A DNA stretch of 64,000 bases, taken from assembly GCA_977016875.1 (NCBI GenBank), contig CDRNST010000070.1:62001-126000 (forward strand), given 5' to 3'. The position numbers and the translations under genes are program-made. This document shows positions 47,001 through 60,107 of this stretch, in pieces (positions within the stretch are counted from its first letter, which is position 1; every line of letters starts with the position of its first letter). This DNA is from Pavona decussata (Eukaryota). The notes under the pieces were generated by a model. It saw nothing but the letters and a program-made list of their open reading frames with translations. It made no database searches and was not told the origin of the DNA.

Positions 47001-50000
47001 CTTGGATTTGGGTTTTCTCATTGACGGATCTTCCAGTATTGAGCGATACGGCCGTGGAAACTTCGCCAGGCTGTTGAACTTCGTCAAGTCCCTGGTCAGC
47101 TTCTTCCCGATCTCCCGCCGTGAAACCCACGTCGGTGTCATCCTGTACACGCACCGGGCCATACCTATATTCAACTTCAACCGATATTACACCAGAGCGG
47201 CCATCTTGCGGAGTATCGACAACCTGAGATATCCACGAGGAGGAACTAGGATTGGAAAGGCTTTGTCATTTGCCCAGCGGTACCTCTACAGGTAATGACG
47301 CTCACTACCTTCCAAAAGAATATATTAGGTAAACAGACTCCGAGCTAAAACAAGAAAAGATAAGGGAAAGATTTACAGGCGTGATTGTAAATTCACCTAT
47401 CCCGGCGACGTAATAAATAAATAAATAAATAAAAAAACACTTGCCAGTTTTACGACTAACAAGCCTCTTGCCCAGGATGGAATTTGAATTAAGAAATGTA
47501 GGTTTTTATAGAGGAAAATCAACCCTCGGAGCAATTCGAAAGCGAATAGCATACTCAAGCCACTCGAGCCTTGTAAGGATTCTTGGCATCAAAGTACCAC
47601 TACGATAATCACATGTGACTGCCAACAGGTAAAAAAATGTCTTTTGAACATGTTTTAAGGACGTATTAGGCACAAACGTGGTCAGAGATGAGGGCTTTGA
47701 TTACTGCTCAACAGCATTCGTTACAGCTCAAATGTACAGCATAACTTAAAAAGTATCACATGAAAAGTTCTTTCCTATAATTGGCGTTTTAATGGTCACG
47801 CCTTAGGATTTCAGCCCCAGATCTAAAACTAAGTTAAAGCCACCTGGTACAGAACAAGAAAGAGCAACAGAGGAAGATGCCGCTCTGTAGATTTCATTTG
47901 AATTGTCACACTTCAGGATTCATCCACTAACTGTCAACTTCAGGACTTCATGAACGGATGGACATAAACATTTTAATCATATGACATGACCAACAGGGTT
48001 AAGGAAATTGCTCATCTTTTTCACAGGGGGAGAGCAGCATCTGGTCGCAAGAGGGTGGCTGTGGTCCTCACCGATGGCATATCCCAGGATAGTGTCAGGA
48101 GGCCAGCTCGTCGTCTTCGTGCTACTGGCTGTGAGGTGTTCGTGCTAGGAATTGGACGAGGATACAGGAAATCTCAGCTGAGGCAAATAGCCACCGATAG
48201 CAGTCATGTATTTACAGTATCGTTCAAATCGCTTGGACAAGTTATACAGCAAATTAAAACCAAGGCCTGTCAGCGGATACCAAGTAAGTTCACCAGTCCT
48301 GACGCCCACTTTATCCACAGGTCAGGACATCTTACTATGCAGGGATTGGGTTCCATCGCTTCCGTACCTAAACTAGCATAATAAATTGAAAGAATATTAA
48401 TAAATGAAGAACAATTGTTGTTGTTTTTTTAAATAATATATGATCCTCCAAAAGATTCTGATCCTAAAGGTTACTGCACACCCGCAACTCGCTAATATCG
48501 AGCACGCTAAATCGTGTACTAAATGCACCGATATGCGACATTCGAAAAACAATGGAGTACACGTTAGGTTTCTTTTGGAGAGGTTAGCACGCAAAGGCTT
48601 AGCGTGTATTATATCACGCTTACTAGAGTGTGTGAACGATGCAGCAGTCTTAGCGCGCGTCAGGCCCTGCTAGAAGACACTGTACTGTAGTCAGTGAAAG
48701 GTTGCCAAGACTTTAATTGCTGTTGGCATGAGTCATCTAACGATTAGTTAATTACTCTGGCGGACTCAAACCTGCGATCTAAAACGGAATTCTGACTGAA
48801 GGCAAGGTATTATTATTTAAAATGAAGTTAATTATGGTGCGAACGAAATGGACGAAAATTGTACCGAGAAAGATATTTCAAAATCGGATCAAAATTTCAT
48901 TGAGTAGGAAAGTCAGCGGTCATTCAGCTGCCTCCAGTATGTTAAACTTTAAATACCTTGGCTAGTTAGTTTACATTATTACTAAATAAACGATTATACT
49001 CACTGTCCAATTTGAAAATAAATGAATGACTCTTGAATTGGACTGTGGGCTGGACCATGTACTCTCCATTTTGAGAAATAATTGACAGCTGTATGTATGG
49101 GATTTTCCATGAAAAGCATAAAATTGTATTAACTAAGCTTGTTTTCTAAATTACTTTTTCAGCACCATCACCAAGAGGTAGGTGGAATTTGTTTCGTTAG
49201 TCTCGTTCGTCATCACCCACAACAAAGTTATTGTGCGCTATACCATTTGAAGCATGTAAATGTAAGGATTTTTATTTTCTTTTTTAAAACAGTACCTCTA
49301 CCCAGGACCTTGGCCGTGTACCCGCTGGATCGTCCACGACGTGGACGAGACATCAGTCGAAAAAAGAACCCAACCGCAAGAGTTGTAGGCGTAAGATACG
49401 GCCTAGGACCTGACGGTCGCCGAGATGGTTCCAGCATATTCTACGGAAAACGTACCAGCTATGTGGAAATCCCCAACACGGGGCGCTTAGACGCGAGATA
49501 CTCTATTACAATCTTGATCTGGGTGTATCACGAAGGACGAGCAGGGCCTATTGTCAACTACAACCCAAATGGATTCGGAGTGCACCTGTGGACGACTCGC
49601 CCGCGGGAACTTTTCGCGCGCTTTGTGCGCCGCGGTGGACAAATGACCACTCCTGTGAGAAGTACGCGTTTGAAGTACAAGGCTTGGAATTACGTGGGAA
49701 CCACGTATGATGAGCGAACTGGCATCGCTACACTGTGGGTGAATTCACAGCCAGTGGCAAGACGTCGTCTGGGTAGAATACGCCTATCCACAAAGTATCC
49801 CATTCGAATGGGTGCTACCAAGAGAAGTCGTACCTATTTCCGAGGAAGACTTTTCTGTTTGCAGCTCTATAGTGTTGCCTTAAACAGAAAACAGATCTTT
49901 GAAGCCAAAAGAAAGTGTTTCCTGCCAGGTACGTTAGGGATATGATAACAAGAGCGCTGTGGTCAAGAGAATTGAATCATTTGTAGTTAAGAGTGTGGTG

Positions 50001-53000
50001 ATGTCCATTTGCGGTTAACAAAAGCTATTCAATGGAGTTTCAATGGGATTTCTACCCGACTATTTGCTAAAAAGCAACTGAGCCATGAAATCGCTGGATT
50101 AAGAGATCGCCTTCACTTCTCTTTTTTAAAATCAGAGATAAGGAGTCACATGAATCTTGCTCTTGGATGTCTCAGTATATTTTACCAAAACAAAAATCAA
50201 TCTGCATCCTGTGTAAGAAAGTAAGCGCTTGGGAATGATAGTACGGAGACGGAATAGAAAGGCAGAGACTATTTCTCTAATTGTATCGGTTCGTTTCTCT
50301 TTTCGAGTGTGTTGTCACATTTCTGATCATGAGACCAGGTAGGAACTCTTCCGGTAAATAAAAATAATAATGATAAAACGAATTGTTTTGTCTTAAAGGA
50401 CCAACGCCAACCAGACCACCAAAGCCTCCTTCACCATCTTCACCTCCAAGAAGTGAGTATATATAAATTTATTTGATCTATTTGTTTACTGCATAGAATT
50501 TGTCTACAAATCAGTATAGGTTTCTTTCAACTTGTCACAGTTGTCGGACAACAAAGGCATGTTGAAATTTTAGGGCGTAAGTCTTGTTGTTCCAGAAGAA
50601 TTTTTGTAGATCCTTAAAGTACTAAAAATGACACAAAGATTTTCCTGTTTCTATACCACCAGTCTGCAGAGCTCGCATCGATCTTGGCTTTCTCATCGAT
50701 GGATCCAGACAGGTCGGCAGAGCCAAGTTCGTACGCATCGTCAAATACGTAAAGGAAACCGTGAGACGCTTCGACGTTCAGAGAACGAAAACAAGAATTG
50801 GTTTGGTTCTATTCGCTTCAAGACAACAACTCGTGTTTGGCTTCCGTCGGTCTCCCAGTCGAGCACAGGTCTATCGTGAACTCGGAAGGTTAAGACTGCT
50901 CCGTGGAAGAAGAAGAAGAAGAAGAACAGCCCAGGCCCTGTTGTATGTTAAGAGATACCTCTTCCGCGGCAAGCCTAGATGTGGACGAAGGAGGGTGCTT
51001 ATCCTTATTACCACCGGTACGTCACGTGATAATGTGATCAGGCCTGCTCGGATCTTGCATGGTTTGGGAGTGGAGGTGTATACAGTAGGCGTTGGTCGTG
51101 TCAGTGTCAGCTATTTGAGAAAGATCGCTACAGATAGATATCACGTGTTTGCTGTAAGCGCCCGTCGTTTGATAACCATAGTGAGGACTGTCAAGGACAG
51201 GATGTGCCATTCTCCAGGTTAGTCACTCGAGATTCTCTTTATGTAAAACTGTGTACGGTTTTCCTTGAAAGAGTTAGGTTTCTGTCAGCAGTTTCTCTAT
51301 GGAAAGCCGAAGAAGTCGTTCATGCTACTTGCAGATTTCTAGCACTTTCCTACACTTTTACTTCGGTGGATCAATACTACCACTCTTTATCAGTTGATAC
51401 AATAAATGATTTTATCAAACAAATGCCTAATCATTCGTGAAAACGTTATGGTCGTTTTCTTGACATAACAGCTTACCATATGAACAGTATAGCTTGAAAA
51501 CGACACCTAATTTTAGCTGTTAAAAAACAAGCTCGTTGACCCCGTTTTTTTATTATAGAACTGGGATTACCAAGATCAAATACAACATTTTGCAAGTTCA
51601 AAGAATTGTAAGAAGGGGTTCAGAGCAACTTTAAATGTTTGAAGTTCGATTATCGAAAACATCGAACTCACCGAAAAAAATTAGGCAATCACTTCGTCGT
51701 TCTTATTTTCCCACACAAGAGACTGAACAAACCTGTAATTGCCAGGCTCCTTCACGTGAGATGTGCCCCTTTTTGCATAAATTGGTTGAAAGTAGATTCG
51801 AGCTAAATTCTGCTGTTGACCACCAGGAACACGGTACACAGCATTACCTTATAAACTCTAGTACGAGAACACCTCACATATAGAAATACAAGTATGGGGA
51901 CTTTGTGTTTCCTCCTAGCGAAAAGTTCACCAATGTTACACAATCTTACTTTAGAATAAAAGGAAATACAACTTGTTCGCTGAGGGAACTTAAATATATC
52001 ACGTGAATCCAATCTCTTTAGCGATTTTAACAAGAGGAGCGGTTGCCACCTATGCCTTCACCAGTGCAGTAAGAGGCGGAGACGTCAGTCAATACAAGAA
52101 CCCACCGGCACGACTTGTAGGAGTTTCTTACATCAAAGGACCCGACGGACATCCCCAAGGGGCTTACTACTTCCCTGGGGTAACAAGAATAAGGGGAAGG
52201 AGACGACTAAGTTATGCTGTTATTCCCAACAACGGCTGTCTTGACGTTCGTTATTCATTGACGATGATATTTTGGGTGTTCCCTGAAGCTCCGGGGCCTT
52301 TAGTCCAGTTCAACCCGAAAGGATGGGGTGTCCATTTATGGATTACTCGCTTGAACCAACTTTACTTCCGGTTAATGCCACGTAGAAATTCGGGTCGCAG
52401 AGTAAAGGCACTGATTGGTCGCGGACTGAAACCGAGGACGTGGAACTACATCGCAGCTACTTATAACCACCGTACCGGCTTAGCGACGTTGTTTATAAAT
52501 AGCTACCCAGTAGCGCAACGAAATGTTGGGAAGTTCAGAAATGGACTGGCCACTAATTACCCTATAATCATTGGCAAGAGACCAGGAAGTCGTCGCGTGT
52601 TTCGTGGACGACTCGCGTGTTTGCAGATCTTCAATGTGGCACTCGCGCGACCCCAGATCGTTGCACTGCAGAAGAAATGCTTCCGTCCGAGTAAGTGAAT
52701 ATTTAGTTATGATTATATTTAGTTATGGTTAGAATTTAGTTATGTTTATCTGTAATGCCGCGAAAACGCCATTAACTATGCCAAGTAGAGTACTTTAAAA
52801 ACATTTAGGAAGACTTTCATAGATTCCTCGCTGTCTAGCTATTTTTGTGGAAAAAAAAAACTATATACAATACTTCCCTATACTATGGAACCTACGGTCA
52901 AATATTTAGGACAAAAGTGTACGAAATATACTTATAAACTTTATGTACATGTCTAGACTAAATAATTTTGCTTCAGGTGTTAGGCAAAGTGCTTACTGGA

Positions 53001-56000
53001 TCAAAAGAGATTAAGGAAATCAGACGACTTTGGGAAAAATCATCTGTTCTGTAAATTAAGTAATCAATAAGGGAAATAGTAGACGCACTGCAACTAAATA
53101 ACTAAAAACATCACTTAATTATGAAATTTACTTCCTCTTCAGTTCCTACACTTCCGCCAACTCCAGCACCAGGTAATAATCCTCCTTTATTTTATTTATT
53201 TATTTATTTTTTTTTACACATAAAGAGCCTAAAATAGAACCAGAAAATTAAAGGGAATATGCTTAGATAGCTTACTCCATATCTTCGTCTTCAGTTTGCA
53301 GGTCTCGCGTGGATCTTGGTATTCTTATCGACGCCTCTGGAAGCGTGGGACGAAAGAACTTCCAAAAGGTCATTGACTTCGTGAAGTCTTTGGTCAGCTT
53401 CTTCCCGCTGTATAGAAGTGGCACCAGAGTTGGTGTCATGGTGTTCCATTCTCGCTCACGAGTCATATTCGGCTTCAACAGATATGGCTCTCGAGCGCAG
53501 GTTGTGAGGGCGATTGAGCGCATCAGGTTTGTTGAAGAGTTTTATTCAATTAAACAGGAAGTTTCGGTATAAAAAGGCCTGGCATGGTCATTCTCACCTT
53601 CAGTTGACAATCAACCACCAGAGCATAAACAACTGACAAACAACATGTGTCTTTTCTACGACCCTTACTGATAAAATTGGCTTTCTTTTCAGAATAAACC
53701 CTGTCAAACAAATTAGAACTTGACATCTTATATTGTTGTGTTAATATTATGAGTCAGCAACTCGCCACGACTAAGGGGCGTCTTAATTTACATCTCACAC
53801 CCACAAAGGTGTGAAATGAAGGAGGGGCATGCTCTTTTATAGCGGAACGTCTTGTTTAACAAGCCCCATCCCCTCCCAGCGCCCCCCCCCCCCCCCCCAC
53901 CACCATGCTCCTTTTGTTGATTGTTCATAGAAGTTTATTTACAACTTGATATTTTGCTTGCCAGATACCGATACCGACGAAGTGGTTCGTACATTGGAAG
54001 AGCCCTGCGTAATGTAAGAGGACGGCTCTTCCGCGGGCGGACAATACGTGGACGTAAACGTACTTTGCTTGTCATCACGGACGGCGTCTCCTCGGATCGT
54101 GTTCGAAGCCCTGCATCGGGCCTCAAAAGAGACGGCGTGGAAATGTTCGCCTTGGGAATCGGTTCTGGATTCAGAAGGAGTCAGTTACAGCTTATTGCTT
54201 CAAGCCCTCTCAATATATTTACTGCTGGATTTAGTCGCCTTGGCAAAGTGGTCAGAGCTATCAAGGACAAAGTGTGTCAACCCACTAGGCCAACGCCCAC
54301 ACGTAAGCCTCACATCGCTTGTACATAAAGTTGTATTTATTACTGCGTAGGTAGTTCAGTAGTTGTGGCTATGCATATTTGTTAAACGCGTTCCATAACG
54401 GGAAATGTTTTCTAAAAAGGTCGGGAAATTATGATCAAATAGTTAGTTAAATTGGACCGGTATCTAAGGACTGTGATTTGAATCCTGTCCAATGTTTTGT
54501 GTTCAGTAGTTTCAGAAAACCCTTTCTTCACTGTCAGATTGATTTGGGTAGCAATTTTTGTGGCCTTGCTGATGTAGCTCGTCTGTAAACTTGCATCAAT
54601 CGTAAGTGTCCAGAAGAAAAAACAGTATCAATAAATAAGGGAGGGAAATAAAAGCGAGAGGCCAAAATAATTTGCAGTTTGGACTAAAAATACTTTTCTT
54701 TCCTCATATAGCTACCGTTCCTCCGCAAACAAGTAAGTCCCTGACTATGATATAATGATATTCTTTGATAGTCCATTTCCGAGTTTGTGTGAACCTCATT
54801 ATGAAAGCGAGGCTGAGTGCAAAGCTCTTTATATGAAAACAAGTTTTATTTGCATATGAATGAAAACTAATTTTCATAATAAGAACTTAGCACTCAACCT
54901 CGCTTTCATAATGAGGTTCAAAGCAACTCGGAAATGGCCTATTCGTTTTGGTACTTTAAAACCTTCCTTACCGTGATTGTAAATGAGAGGATTAAGGTTT
55001 GGGATTTTGGACATGGAATTTGTTGGATGAAACAAAAAGATCTTAATCAGTTTCTCTTCAGTGGCTACCCTGTTATTTTCTTTTGGTCAAATCCTTATTT
55101 GTAGACATTGAAAGCAGTCAGACACTAATTTGTAGGCATTTAAAACAAACAGACACTAAACCGAATCGTAAAAATTTTATGTTAAACGCTAACGATTTGC
55201 AAACCCAAACAGACAATTCTGAAATCGCTCAAATTTTACCAAATGTTCATTTGTCGCCCAGTCAGGGTTACAATTCACTTTTAGCCATTCCATAGAGAAC
55301 AATAACGAACTTATGTACAGTAAAGACGTTCTCCCAACTATTACAAACTTTTTGTCGTGAAGTGCAATTTTCATTTTCTAATCCAACTGTTTTCCACAGG
55401 GCCTCCACGTGCCGTAGCATTGTACCCTCTCAACAGCAAGACACGAGGACGTGATATAGGGCCAAGAAAAAACCAACCCGCACGTTCCAGAGGTGTGCGC
55501 CTGGCTCCTGGACCGGACGGCTTTCCCAGGGGTTCATTTTACTTCCCCGGTGGACGCGGCAGTTATACATACTTCCCTAACAACGGGGGAATCGACACCA
55601 GGAATTCCATTACTCTCCTCGTGTGGGTTTACCCCGAAAGCGGGGGACCGATATTTTACTACAAACCACGGGGCTCCGGGGTGAGTCTTTGGGTTATCAG
55701 GCAGAGGACATTATACGTGAAGTTCGTACGGCGATCTGGCAAGGGAGCCTTTGTTCTGAGGACTCTCGGTCTCCGGCCAAGTGCGTGGAACTACGTCGGT
55801 GCTAGTTATGATTCCAACAGTGGACTGGCTACTCTCTGGCGTGAGTCTACACCTATTGCACAGAGGAACATTGGTAGAGGTCTCAGGCTAGCCACCAACT
55901 ACCCTGCCATCATGGGAAGCAGGCCTGGTTCGCGGACGTATTTCCGTGGTCGTATCTCGTGTATGCAGGTGTTTGATAAAGCACTGAACGGTCTGCAGAT

Positions 56001-59000
56001 GCGCAAGCGGAGGAATGTCTGTTTCAGAGGTAAGGACAAATAGCTTAAATTTGTATTAGTGTGCTGAAATTATCACGTCCTTGGTTTTCGTTAATTATTT
56101 GTGGAAAATAAAGGAGCCGGTTGCTTACTTGACTCTGATTCTTTCGCTGGAGGTATTTACTGGCAATCAAACCACGAGTAGTCCTTCCTTTCCTCAGAGA
56201 CTGTCGAGTGACGAGATAAAGCTTGCGCGCTTGGATTTCGCCCGCTGCGCGGGAACGCGTCGCTCCCTCGAATGCGCTTATTCGTCACTGCTTGTTGTCA
56301 AGCTGATCACCATCCCCTTAATTGTTGCTGAATTGTCATGACTATACAATGCTACCACGGCCGTAGTGTAGTGACCATTTCTCTGAGAAAAGAAGCAATT
56401 TGTAGATAAGGAAATGTAGTGTCTGTAATTGTATTTATCTTGTAACGTAGCAGCATATCTTGTAATATCGACTTGTTTTCTTCGCCTGACCACCTATTCC
56501 ATATATATAAGCCCCTGGCTTCGTCACCTCATTGTAATCGCTAGTCTGTGCTAAAAAACGATTGCCCTTCTACAAGCCGACTTATTTCCTAGTTCAGCGT
56601 TGTGCTCTTATTTTAAGTTAATTGTATTGATTTTTCTTTTAGGTGGACCCCCACCAACAAAGCCACCACCCGGTAAGTATCGATAAGTTTGGCGTTTTTT
56701 TGGTTGCATGATAGTTCTGAACTGAGATCCCATTTATTTGACTTTAAAACTGTTTATACAATAGATCATTTTTGTCGAAGGACTATTAGCAGAGAGTTGC
56801 TCCGCGGGTATTTCCTTCGAGGTCTTATTTGCTAGTTTTAAGACTCGAATTTACAATTGGCAACTATCAGACCGATAGTTCCGAGGGAGGAACTCTTTAT
56901 CAATTTCTTTTGTTCACCACTAAACGCTCTTCTAAAACTAAAGTCACTGAAACTGGCGTTTTGAATACAGCTCAACAATTTGAACTTTTTGGCGAAAGAT
57001 TAAAGTCAGTAAAATAAGACGAATAAACATACAGGAAATAAAAAAAATTAAATACAATGAAAGCAACTTCTTTGTCTGTGAATTAGAAAAATAAATGTTG
57101 GGTTTTGCGGCGGACGAGTACTATCTATCCCGGCATTTTCGCTGAAAGGACCCTACCGCCTCTCTTCGAGGTTGAAGATTATCACGTAACGTGAACAATG
57201 TAAACTAATCAGACTCGGAAAAATAACTGGTGAATTTCGGATTGTATTTCCATGTGCATTAAATTGTATTTAACTATTTTTTCTGAATTATTCCCTTCAC
57301 TTCCCCTTTTTTCTAGTATTACCACCACTTGTGGCCATATTTCCCCTCGACAAGGAGTCCGCAACCACTGATATCACAAAGAACAACCCACCGGGCACAC
57401 CATCAAATGTCAAACCTGCTCCGGGCCCTGACGGACGTCCCGATGGCTCGACTCTTTTCACCGGATCGTCTGACAGCTACATCGAATTTCCAAACAATGG
57501 CAAGCTTGATACAAGGCGATCCATGACTATTCTGGCGTGGATTTACCACAATGGACGATCTGGTCCCATCTTTAACTACAATCGACGCGATTTCGGTGTT
57601 CACCTATGGATGGTAGGACCTAGAGTTCTTTTCGTACGTTTTGTTAGGCGATCTCGGAGAAGGACAGCTTCAGTGGCGACCTACTCAAAGAAACCGCGTT
57701 ATCGCGCCTGGAACTACATTGGAGCCACTTATGATTACAACACTGGCGTCGCCACGTTGTGGCTGAATTCCAGACCTGTTGCGCGCCAAAGCATTGGGCG
57801 CTTTGACTTGGCTACGAATTATCCAGTCAGGATGGGCGCCAGGATTGGAGATAGAAGAGCATTCCGCGGGAAAATATCGTGCCTTCAGGTGTACAGTGTT
57901 GCTTTGACAGCAAAGCAGATCGAAGGAGCGAGGAAACGGTGCTTTAAGAAAAGTAAGTTGTGCCTTCTATGTATTAACTGTATTTCTTGTTTTTGAAGAA
58001 TGTGGCCGATGTTCATCTTGCTTACGTGAAATAACGGCTTTTTGTATTGTTTCGTATACAATAATGTCACCTTCATGACGACTGCGACGTTTTGACCACT
58101 TACATGCTGCTGTGTGATTAGGTCAAGTCAACTAGTTGCCTATCTCTGTATTTCACGCTGTCATTTACCAAGAGTTCCCTTTACGAAGATTCTCGAAGAG
58201 ATTTCGTGCCTCAGGAGAGTTAATTTTTTTAGCGCCCCATTTTCAACCTGGTTTCCAGGGTCTCTCCTCTTCCAGACCCTGGGAACGAGGTTGCCTTTTC
58301 TTCTGACGATTGGTGGTAGTTTTTGGTGCAAGCTAGTCCAATATGTAAAGTTTGGGTGTCCAAGTTACTAAAAATCGAATTTCTGTTAGTGGGTATTGTG
58401 CACGTCAAATTGTTTTTCGGGCCCGAAATGTGTGTGAGAAATTTGAGAAACGTACGCCAAGATAGCATAAGATAAGAATCAGTTTCTGATGTGGTACTAA
58501 TCTACTGTTACTTTTTTGGAACTTAGACGGCGACGTTTCAGAAATTTAAATTCCGCATCTTGGTCGTCATCTACATCAATGTGACAACATTTTGTGACAA
58601 AAATAAAGAAAGCTATAAACGTTTGCTTTTAACATCAAATTTTCGGTGTTTAGTCTGACAAAAAAAACGCTCCACAAACAATGAATCGAAGTAATTAACC
58701 TAGTGGGATCCGTGTTTGATCAAGTTTACTTTGGTGTGAGACGCTTTTTGCTGTCTGTATCATCCATGTTTTCAATCATTAGAGCGGTTTTCAATTGAGT
58801 GTCATAAAACCAAAACCGAAGTACGTAGTTAGTTTGACCAATCACAAGAGTTGTAAACAGTACAGCCAACCAATCAAGATTCGAAACAACTACATGTAAC
58901 CGGCGCCAAGCGCGCGGGAAACTGCATGCAAACAATTTATAGTTTTAATTCTCACTGAATTGGTTAAAAAAATGGCGGGAGTTTTCCCATCCAATCACGG

Positions 59001-60060
59001 AACGTAGTAAAGTAAAAGCAAAGCAAACGCCAATGACTCTAGACACTCAGTTTAAAACTGCTCTGAGCAACTTTTTTTTAACAAGTTTCCATTCAGGAAT
59101 CGATGTTAAAATGTCCCAATGAAAGTTAGTTTTTCAGTCGAATTAAATGTATACTATTTTTCTTTTCTAGTTATAGAGCCAACTCCACCTGGTAAGTACT
59201 ACTCTATAGACCTCTTTCATAAATGGAGGGCTTAATTGTTATTCTTTTGTATGCATTTAAATTAGCCTTCTTGGCCTCGCTAGCATGTGTAAAAACAAAA
59301 GTATTTTCACTCAAAAGCGAGGTCAAGAAGGCTTATTTTGCATGCACATAAAAGAATACTAATTATGCCCTCCATTATGAAAGAGGTCTATCAGGATAAA
59401 ACAATGTTAACAAGTCAAGATATATCACAGATATTTGAAATGTTTAGATAGAAAACAAAATGTTTGTTTTTATTAGTGCGTTGATGAAAATGATGAAGAT
59501 GAAATCGTGTTTGTTACTATACAAGCAGCGTCAGATTTTTAATGTAAATGTTTCTTTTTTATCTCCATCTGCTTTTTTATGATTTTAGTTCCATCAACGC
59601 CCACGACTCGTCGACCAGGAAGTAAGTACACGAACTCAAAATTAGTTTTGTTTTAATTTAACCAGAAATGGCTTTCATTTTCTAATCAGTAAATTTTTAC
59701 AGTGTTGGAATTGACCTTATTTGCTCTAGATGCTTTTTCCATGAGAAACCACGTGATATTCTCAGAAGAAGCGTGAATATGGTCAATTCTAACTACTCCC
59801 TAAAGTACCGTCACGTGATCTGTAATGGAGTAACAAAACAACAAAGCGAATAAGGTCTATTAATCAATTGAAAGTATAGTACATATTATGATCTCTTTAT
59901 TAAAATATTCCAAGCAAAATTGATATTTACAAGTTAAAAGTAGAAAAAAAAACTATTAAAACCTATTTACAATTCATTTCGATTAAAAAAGAGACTATTT
60001 CTAAGCACAATTTTTTTTTCAATTCAACCTTAAAAAAAATTAGTCACCCACGGTTCCCAG

Positions 60061-60107
<47 letters not shown>

